Below, piece after piece: positions 57,319-64,000 of a stretch of 64,000 nt of DNA. Where the stretch lies: NCBI GenBank assembly GCA_038046765.1, contig JBBSVN010000007.1:48989-112988 (forward strand), in the 5' to 3' direction. The position numbers and the translations under genes are program-made. The notes beneath the pieces are model-generated. The model was not told where the DNA came from. It worked only from the letters and a program-made list of their open reading frames with translations, and ran no database searches. This DNA is from Candidatus Micrarchaeota archaeon (lineage in GTDB: Archaea > Micrarchaeota > Micrarchaeia > Anstonellales > Bilamarchaeaceae). Within the stretch, counting starts at the first letter, position 1. Each line of letters starts with the position of its first letter.

Positions 57319-58482
57319 ATGCACGTACTTAAGGATAAGAATTTTTTACCAGCTCTTACTATAAATTATCTGCATTCTTTTTTAAGTTCAGCAATGGCCA
57401 TACTTCTTCCAATTTATCTTTTAGACAAGAACATAAAAATTCAGGAAATCGGATTAATTTTTGCAACACTGCCATTTATGATGCTGTTTTTAAGGTTAGT
57501 ACTTGCCAGTATTGCAGATAGCATAGGTACAAAACTAATCTTTATGATCGAAGGCGTAGCATCCATTCTCTATTTAATTACTTATAAGTTCGCAAACAGC
57601 CCGAGCGATTTTGTACTAGGAAAAATAAGCGAAGGAACTGCGGTTTCGTCTTTTTGGGCAGTAAACAGGACGCAAATTGCAGAACTTGACCATAAAACCG
57701 AAATATCCAAAATTGCTTCTTTTTTTGTTGGCCTTAGGTCCTTTGGAGAATTCTGTGGAAACTTTGTGACTGGCCTAGGTATTGTATATTTGGGTTTTTC
57801 CAATATGTACCTTCTTTTATTTGGTATAGGGCTGGTAGTTTTGATTTCAACGATCTTGCTAAAGAACAACAAAAATCAAAATTCCGAATTAAAAATACGT
57901 TCCATCATCAAAAAAATATTTGTTAAAAAAGAAATTAGTTTTTGGAAAAATAGTTTAGTTTTGGGATTATTTGGTGCAGTCCAAACAATACTTGTAACAT
58001 TTCTGCTTCCAGTATATTTTTATGCACAGATCAAACTTAGTCCATTTGAAATTGGGGGGTTTATGTCGATGATCCCACTAATTTCTGCACTAACAATAAT
58101 CGTTTTATTAAAACTAAAAGCTACCCCTAACCAAATGATAATTTTATCCGCACTCTTTAGTATCCCTGCTCTGTTCTTATACACAACTGCAAGCAAGGAT
58201 TTGATGTTTGCAGCGACGATGCTTTATTCTGTAGCTGCTGGGAGCATGTCGATAATTTATGAAATGATATTAATTAGTGCACTTGATAAAAAAGAAACGT
58301 TTTCTACAGACATTGGTTTATTACACATACCAATTCGCTTAGCTGAAACAGTTATCTTAGGGGTATCTGGATTTTTGGTTGTTTCTTTAGGATACGCAAC
58401 AATGTTTGTAATTGCAGGAGTTTTTCTTATTTGCTATTTCTTTGCTTCATTAATAGTTTTGCGTAAACATACATCTTTTTAA
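57319..58482 (+). CDS. MFS transporter
   Basis: About 12 TM segments; ASIADSIGTK motif-A-like loop. Confidence 0.82.
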   Translation: MHVLKDKNFLPALTINYLHSFLSSAMAILLPIYLLDKNIKIQEIGLIFATLPFMMLFLRLVLASIADSIGTKLIFMIEGVASILYLITYKFANSPSDFVLGKISEGTAVSSFWAVNRTQIAELDHKTEISKIASFFVGLRSFGEFCGNFVTGLGIVYLGFSNMYLLLFGIGLVVLISTILLKNNKNQNSELKIRSIIKKIFVKKEISFWKNSLVLGLFGAVQTILVTFLLPVYFYAQIKLSPFEIGGFMSMIPLISALTIIVLLKLKATPNQMIILSALFSIPALFLYTTASKDLMFAATMLYSVAAGSMSIIYEMILISALDKKETFSTDIGLLHIPIRLAETVILGVSGFLVVSLGYATMFVIAGVFLICYFFASLIVLRKHTSF

Positions 58483-58534
58483 TTACTTTGACACTTATTA
58501 TTTTTACAACTACGAAAAATAAAGGTGAATACTT

Positions 58535-59599
58535 ATGAGAAAAAATCATCCATCAAGTCCAGAAGCAGGTCATGGGGCAAGTTATGCCAATTTGGAATTA
58601 AGAACAGGATTACATGCAAAAGGTATGATAAAATTACTACAAGCTGCATTGCCAGATTCTGAAAAACGCGCAGGTAACATAAATGTAATTGATCTTGATG
58701 CCAGAGATGGAACTACTACTTTAGCTTTAGCAAAAGAACTCCCGTACGCACAGGTAAAAGGAATAAGTGAATTTAGGACACCTTACTTAATTGGGAGATT
58801 AAAAGCAGGAAATATAACTGAGAAAGAAATGGATGAACTTGGCAAATCGAAGGATTTTTGGCCATCAGCTGTTTTTGAAAAAGCAGCTTTAGAACCAAAG
58901 GAATTAAAAGATCGTTTGACTTTTGAAAACACTTCGATAGAAGGAGTAAAACCATTACAACTTGGAATTGCAGATGTCGCAATAGGTTACCAATTACTTC
59001 ACTGGTTAAATGCTGAATCAGAAACAGATAATTTGCCAAGTAGAGCATCCTTAGGAGCTATCAAAGACATGTTATTTCCAGGTGGAATATTTATATCAGG
59101 AACAAGTTCTGGGTTTGTAGGAGTTGATTCTAATGCAACAATAGAAGGAATGACTCGAGCAGAGTACGTTCTGGATGATCATCAATTTGTAAGATTAGAT
59201 TATCAAAATATTGCTAGTTTGGTTGCACAAATTACTGGAAAAATACCATATGCGTCAGGCTCAATAAAAGCCAAATTCAAAATGCATGAAATAACGCAAA
59301 GGCTCGAGGAATCTGGATTTATTAATGTAAGGTTAGGTGCATTCCTAGTTACCCCTGGAATAGAAGAAATATTAAGCGATCAGGAAGGAGGCGTATTAAT
59401 GCTTAGACCAATGCATCAGGGTAGATTAGACGAAATAGAAACTCAAGCTAGAAAAGATGCAATCATGAGAACTGCCTTAATGCTAACACATCGAGAATGC
59501 GACAGATTAGTTGCAGGAGGAAAAACTGACCCAAGAACAATAACTGATAAAAATATTTGGGATGCAGTTCCTTTTGTGGTAGCAGAAAAACCAGGCTAG
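58535..59599 (+). CDS. divergent class I methyltransferase-like protein
   Basis: VIDLDARDG (degenerate motif I), DVAIGYQLLHWL and LFPGG.F. Confidence 0.55.
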   Translation: MRKNHPSSPEAGHGASYANLELRTGLHAKGMIKLLQAALPDSEKRAGNINVIDLDARDGTTTLALAKELPYAQVKGISEFRTPYLIGRLKAGNITEKEMDELGKSKDFWPSAVFEKAALEPKELKDRLTFENTSIEGVKPLQLGIADVAIGYQLLHWLNAESETDNLPSRASLGAIKDMLFPGGIFISGTSSGFVGVDSNATIEGMTRAEYVLDDHQFVRLDYQNIASLVAQITGKIPYASGSIKAKFKMHEITQRLEESGFINVRLGAFLVTPGIEEILSDQEGGVLMLRPMHQGRLDEIETQARKDAIMRTALMLTHRECDRLVAGGKTDPRTITDKNIWDAVPFVVAEKPG

Positions 59600-59642
59600 A
59601 TTAATTATTTCTTATCTATTTTTAAATATTACACTTTATATA

Positions 59643-59657
59643 TAATGTATTACATTA
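59643..59657. promoter_or_regulatory. palindromic operator of the TA operon
   Basis: TAATGTA-T-TACATTA between the TATA box and the AGGTG RBS. Confidence 0.55.
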
Positions 59658-59671
59658 GATAAGGTGCTAAA

Positions 59672-59974
59672 ATGTCCGATATGGTATCATTTCGATTAGG
59701 TTCTGAACTTGATCAAAAACTTAAAGAGCTTGCTAAACAGGAAAACGAAGAAAAGTCTACTCTTATCAGGGAACTTCTACTAAAAGGTATACATGAAAAA
59801 CAATTAGAAAATGCACTAGAATTATACAAAAAAGGGAAGGTTTCATTAGCTAAGGCAGCAAGACTATCTGGAGTTTCATTATGGAAAATGTTGGACATTT
59901 TAAGAGAACGGAAAGTCGAACTTAATTATTCGCAAGTTGACTTATCCGAAGACCTAAAATCTTTAAAGGAGTGA
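59672..59974 (+). CDS. RHH/UPF0175-family antitoxin
   Basis: VSFRL..EL...L..LA....KS.LIR; ALELYKKGKVSLAKAARLSGVS. Confidence 0.88.
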   Translation: MSDMVSFRLGSELDQKLKELAKQENEEKSTLIRELLLKGIHEKQLENALELYKKGKVSLAKAARLSGVSLWKMLDILRERKVELNYSQVDLSEDLKSLKE

Positions 59975-60483
59975 AAGCTATGGTCATTGTTTCTAATTCT
60001 ACTCCGCTTATTTGTTTAGCTAAAATAAATCAGCTTAACCTATTGAAAAAACTGTTTAAAGAAATAATAATTACAAAAGAGGTTTACGAAGAAGTTGTCG
60101 TTAGAGGCAAAGAAGAATCTTATTCTGATTCAACTTTTATTGAACAAGCAATAAACGAAGAATGGATAAAAGTTGTAGAACATAAAATTAGCAAAACGGT
60201 TCTCCTTTTTACCGAATTAGATGTTGGAGAAATATCCTCTATTTCCCTGGCTCTAAATAAAAATGCAGATTTTATCCTTATAGATGAAGCAGCGGGGCGT
60301 CATGTTGCCCGTAGTTTCCAGTTAAAGACAAAAGGGACTTTAGGAGTTTTACTTTTAGCTTACCGTAAAAATTTAATAACAAAAGAATATCTAAAGGATT
60401 TAATTGCTTTTCTTATTGCAAATGGATTTAGGATATCTTCTGAATTATACTCAAGCGTTGTTAATGAAATCGATCGAACTTGA
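59971..60483 (+). CDS. DUF3368 PIN-domain toxin
   Basis: VSNSTPLI.L, EVYEE, LD.GE, LIDE and GTLGVL motifs. Confidence 0.88.
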   Translation: MKAMVIVSNSTPLICLAKINQLNLLKKLFKEIIITKEVYEEVVVRGKEESYSDSTFIEQAINEEWIKVVEHKISKTVLLFTELDVGEISSISLALNKNADFILIDEAAGRHVARSFQLKTKGTLGVLLLAYRKNLITKEYLKDLIAFLIANGFRISSELYSSVVNEIDRT

Positions 60484-60552
60484 AAACTAGTCGCAAAAAG
60501 TGCTAAATCTATCGTTTTTTGGACGAAAATGCGACTAAATTAATCGAATCGA

Positions 60553-61323
60553 TTATTCTCTCCAGTTTCTTCCTCTACACTCTGGGAGATTTAAGAAAAA
60601 CGCCATATTCGCCTGTTCGCCTTGCGGCAGGTAAGCATAGTAAACAGTTCCATTTTTGTATGCATCTTCCATCAAGTAGTGCATAACGCCAATATGGGTT
60701 GCAGCCCTATTATAATCATCAAAAAATATTACTCCACCGGGGCTAAGTAAATTTGGGATCCATTGCATCGTATCTCTAACGGTGTCATAATCATGCGCTG
60801 CATCAACTAGAAATATATCTACGCTTTTGCCTTGAAGGGCTTCACGTACCTGATTTTCTGATTTTGTGCAGTCAAAAAATATTTGTTGTATCCTATCGCG
60901 CGTTGGTGCAGCTCGAAATACTGCGCCGATATTAGCTTCATGTTGGAAATAAGTTTCATCAGTACTATAAAAAGTTGCGCCTGGAAAATCCGGTCTAAGT
61001 TCAATCGGTAAATCAACAGTTATAACCCGCCCTTCTTCTGGAAGATTTAATGCGATGTTGTGAGTAGTTTTTCCTCTAAAAGTGCCAAGTTCAACAATCC
61101 GTTCTGCACCCAAATATTTAACAAGTGTACAAAGCATACGAATGCTTGGGGGATCTGCGTCTCCTTTAATATGTTCGCCTATTTCTAATTTCGGTTCTAT
61201 AAGTTCGATTCTCGGAAATATTCTTCTTAATTCTGGTTTATCTATCGCATATGGACCCGGATGTTTCGTATACTTGGGAGAAATTGATCTTGGATCAATA
61301 AATACTGGTTTGCTGCCGTTCAT
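60553..61323 (-). CDS. class I SAM O-methyltransferase (Methyltransf_24-like)
   Basis: IVELGTFRG, VDAAHDY and L.PGGVIFFDDY motifs. Confidence 0.85.
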   Translation of the reverse strand: MNGSKPVFIDPRSISPKYTKHPGPYAIDKPELRRIFPRIELIEPKLEIGEHIKGDADPPSIRMLCTLVKYLGAERIVELGTFRGKTTHNIALNLPEEGRVITVDLPIELRPDFPGATFYSTDETYFQHEANIGAVFRAAPTRDRIQQIFFDCTKSENQVREALQGKSVDIFLVDAAHDYDTVRDTMQWIPNLLSPGGVIFFDDYNRAATHIGVMHYLMEDAYKNGTVYYAYLPQGEQANMAFFLNLPECRGRNWRE

Positions 61324-61492
61324 ATCTTATATCTCCTTGTATATAATAATATGTTCCAAAATGTTTAAAAATGAGGGTGTTTTTACCTTTCCTTTTTCCC
61401 ACAGTTTTATTGACAATTCTACGTATTGTTCACAGATTTGTTGATAATTTGTAGTATTCTCCCTACTTTTGGGGATAAAATGAAGTTAAGTA

Positions 61493-62170
61493 CTAAAACT
61501 TTCGTTTTAACAAATACAATCCAATTTTTATTCCATGCTTAAAACTAAGTTTGCTAACTCCTCCTCTTCGTTTATAATCAATCGGAATCTCGCAAATTTT
61601 TAATCCCTTTTTATCAGCTTCAACAAAGAAATTAGCTTCAACTTCAAAGTGCGGTGCATCTATATTCATGTTTTTGTATGCCTTTTTTGTAAATCCTTGC
61701 ATACCGGAACAAAGGTCGCTTGTTTTATTTTTATAAAGAATATTTCCAGCAATTGTTAACATCTGATTTCCAATGCTGTTTAACGGTTTCATCGCACCTT
61801 GTTCAATACTTCCGCTAAACCTAGAACCAATAACTACGTCACAACTTTCGTTTTTTAGTTTTTCAAGTATTTGCGGAATTGCTGCGGCAGGATAACTTAT
61901 GTCCGCATCCATTATTATCAAATAATCAGAATCAATATTTGTAAATGCATATTTTATTGCTCGTCCTTTTCCGCGCTCGCTAAAATCCAAAACTATTGCA
62001 CCATGTTCCTTTGCGATTTCGCGCGTTTTATCTGTTGAACCTCCATCCGCTAGGTAAATCTGCCAGGTATTTCCATCGGTTGCACTAGATTTTATTTTCT
62101 CAATTGCTTCGATTGTTTGGGCAATGTTTTCTTCTTCATTGTAACTTGGTAAAAGAATGGCAATTGACAT
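61493..62170 (-). CDS. GT2 (DPM1-like) glycosyltransferase
   Basis: PSYNEE, DGGSTD, GKG, MDAD.SY, GSRF and DLCSG motifs. Confidence 0.9.
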   Translation of the reverse strand: MSIAILLPSYNEEENIAQTIEAIEKIKSSATDGNTWQIYLADGGSTDKTREIAKEHGAIVLDFSERGKGRAIKYAFTNIDSDYLIIMDADISYPAAAIPQILEKLKNESCDVVIGSRFSGSIEQGAMKPLNSIGNQMLTIAGNILYKNKTSDLCSGMQGFTKKAYKNMNIDAPHFEVEANFFVEADKKGLKICEIPIDYKRRGGVSKLSFKHGIKIGLYLLKRKF

Positions 62171-62221
62171 AAGATAGTATTAACAATTGCAATTATTAAA
62201 CCTTTTTTCTAATAATCTACT

Positions 62222-63550
62222 ATGCAAATCCCTATAAAAATAAATAATTTTAACGCATTTGTCTTCCTAGATCGTGATGGAACAATTATAGAAGAAATCG
62301 ATTCCGTAACCGAACGTAAGTCGATTCCACTTCATAATAAAGAGCAGATGAAACTAATTCCAGGATCTGCCCAAGCGATAAGACTACTAAATGTTGCAGG
62401 TTATTGCGTTGTCATAATAACAAACCAGCCGCACATAGCTAAAGGTATGCTTACGGTCAAACAAGTGGAAGAAACAAATAAATTACTTGTAGATACCCTT
62501 GAAAAACAAGGGGCAAAAATTGAAGCTGTTTACTATTGCCCACATCACCCAGAAAAAGGGCATGCGGGTGAACGGCCAGAATATAAAATAAAATGCGACT
62601 GCAGGAAACCTGAAATTGGTATGCTAAAACAGGCATCAAAGGATTTTGGAATTAAACTAGATAAAAATTCATTCGTAATTGGAGATCAGACTCGTGATGT
62701 AAACGCCGCAAAAAATGCAAACTGCACTAGTATTTTAGTTAGAACAGGCTATGGCGGAACGGATGGTTCTGGGGATTTAAAGCCAGACCATACTTGTACT
62801 GATCTATTGGAAGCTGCTAATTTAATACTAAATAATAAACAAGAAACTCAGGTATCGAAAGCAATAATTATTGCAGGCGGTTTAGGTACAAGGCTTAAAC
62901 CACTAACCGAATCTGTTCCAAAACCATTACTTGAAATAAGAGGAAAACCTATTTTGGAACATCAAATCAACTATCTCAAAAAATTTGGAATAACCAAAAT
63001 TATTCTGTGCACTGGTTACCTTTCTGAAAAAATCGAAGAGTACTTTGGCGACGGCAGCAAATTTGGAGTTAAAATCTACTATTCAAAAGAAAAAGAACCT
63101 CTTGGAACAGGGGGTGCATTAAATATAGCTTCTAAATATATTGAAACAGACGAAATGTTCCTTGTTTTATATGGCGATCTTGATATTAACATGGACTTAA
63201 GTAAATTCATCCGTTTCCATATCAGCAAAAATTCGGAGGCTACTTTAACCGTTCATCAAACTGACCATCCGCAAGATAGCGATATAATTAAATTAGATGA
63301 AAATGGCAAAGTTGTAAATTTCTACTTAAAAAACAAATCCCGAAGTTTAACTGAATCGGGGAATCTTGGGAATGCGGGTGTCTATTGCTTTAACTATTCT
63401 ATCTTTCGTTTCTTTCCAGATGAAAAATCAGGTTTAGATAAAGAAGTTTTGTCAAGTGCTTTAGAAAAAGGCGCTAAGCTTTTTGCTTATCTAACTGATG
63501 AAAAAGTCAGGGATGTTGGGACGCACGAGCGATACACTAAAAGTAAGTAA
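62222..63550 (+). CDS. GmhB-like HAD phosphatase fused to HddC-like nucleotidyltransferase
   Basis: FLDRDGTI, TNQ, CPHHP and CDCRKP motifs, then AGGLGTRL.PLT..PKPL and EPLGTGG. Confidence 0.88.
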   Translation: MQIPIKINNFNAFVFLDRDGTIIEEIDSVTERKSIPLHNKEQMKLIPGSAQAIRLLNVAGYCVVIITNQPHIAKGMLTVKQVEETNKLLVDTLEKQGAKIEAVYYCPHHPEKGHAGERPEYKIKCDCRKPEIGMLKQASKDFGIKLDKNSFVIGDQTRDVNAAKNANCTSILVRTGYGGTDGSGDLKPDHTCTDLLEAANLILNNKQETQVSKAIIIAGGLGTRLKPLTESVPKPLLEIRGKPILEHQINYLKKFGITKIILCTGYLSEKIEEYFGDGSKFGVKIYYSKEKEPLGTGGALNIASKYIETDEMFLVLYGDLDINMDLSKFIRFHISKNSEATLTVHQTDHPQDSDIIKLDENGKVVNFYLKNKSRSLTESGNLGNAGVYCFNYSIFRFFPDEKSGLDKEVLSSALEKGAKLFAYLTDEKVRDVGTHERYTKSK

Positions 63551-63626
63551 TTAAAGTTCCGGTTAAAAGCCCTTAAAAAACGTTTCTGTTATACATAAAT
63601 TAACTCATAATCGCAAAGGTAATTCT

Positions 63627-64000
63627 ATGAAAGAACCAATACTTTCCAAATATATGCAGGAATTAGAAAAAGCGCTTAAGGCAATTCCAGAAGACAAAGT
63701 CCTGGAACTATCAGAATTAATTTACCAGACTTCGCAAAAGGGGAATACTGTTTATTTATTTGGCAATGGCGATAGTGCGAATAATGCATTACACTATGCG
63801 CTTGACTTAGGAAAAGGAACGATAAATTCGAATTCAAAACACAAACGACTTCGTTTAATTTCTCTTACTGAAAATATTGGTTTAATTACTGCATGGGGAA
63901 ACGACGAATCTTACGAATCTATTTTCAAGCAGCAACTTGAGAACCTCGCTAAACCTGGCGATCTTGTCTGCGTTCGCAACACTGCCCGCATCAGTGAAGT
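63627..64000 (+). CDS. GmhA-like SIS-domain phosphoheptose isomerase (partial; not in the ORF track)
   Basis: MKEPIL...VYLFGNGDSANNALH...ITAWGNDESYESIFKQQL...PGDLV; runs off the window edge. Confidence 0.82.
   Translation, partial: MKEPILSKYMQELEKALKAIPEDKVLELSELIYQTSQKGNTVYLFGNGDSANNALHYALDLGKGTINSNSKHKRLRLISLTENIGLITAWGNDESYESIFKQQLENLAKPGDLVCVRNTARISE

Noticed and set aside
61330..61490. Start-less open frame on the - strand (QICEQYVELSIKLWEKGK)
   Set aside because: No start codon or recognisable motif; it cannot be distinguished from chance.
1460..62639. Many short ORFs antisense to or overlapping well-supported genes (e.g. 21590-22096, 22468-22818, 61082-61444)
   Set aside because: Shadow ORFs of real genes with no motifs or RBS.
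63969..64000. Intein starting at CVRNTARI
   Set aside because: Too little sequence, and the expected next GmhA residue would not be Cys/Ser/Thr.

Overview
AT-rich archaeal DNA, most likely from a DPANN (Micrarchaeota-like) genome. This is inferred from class III signal-peptide pilins, TATA-box promoters, GGTGA ribosome-binding sites, a KaiC-family ATPase, an Lrp regulator and UPF0175/PIN pairs. The window is a large surface-glycan biosynthesis island: UDP-xylose synthase, several NDP-sugar epimerases, a nonulosonic-acid pathway with AglXYZ-like acetamidino genes, a carbamoyltransferase plus an orphan carA, an AsnB-like amidotransferase, heptose genes, GT2/GT4/GT-C transferases and a flippase. 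Embedded in it are a type IV pilus-like locus (8.8-17.9 kb), three intact toxin-antitoxin pairs, a Fic-HTH gene, TA remnants and many solitary orphan genes. Several orphans carry effector-like catalytic motifs (Cys-His deamidase, clan CD Cys protease, HEXXH zincin). The most notable non-coding signals are (1) a homologous, covarying 5' leader in front of two different genes that can fold into mutually exclusive start-exposing or start-hiding hairpins, (2) three ~150-160 nt intergenic elements with nested, G-U-containing Y-shaped folds, (3) an unannotated 35-aa pilin-helix-only peptide, and (4) a doubled inverted-repeat operator before the Fic gene. No rRNA, tRNA, CRISPR array, transposase or reverse transcriptase was recognised. 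All calls are from motif reading by eye; no searches were run. The supplied ORF track mislabels the 697-aa ORF as + strand; it is on the - strand.
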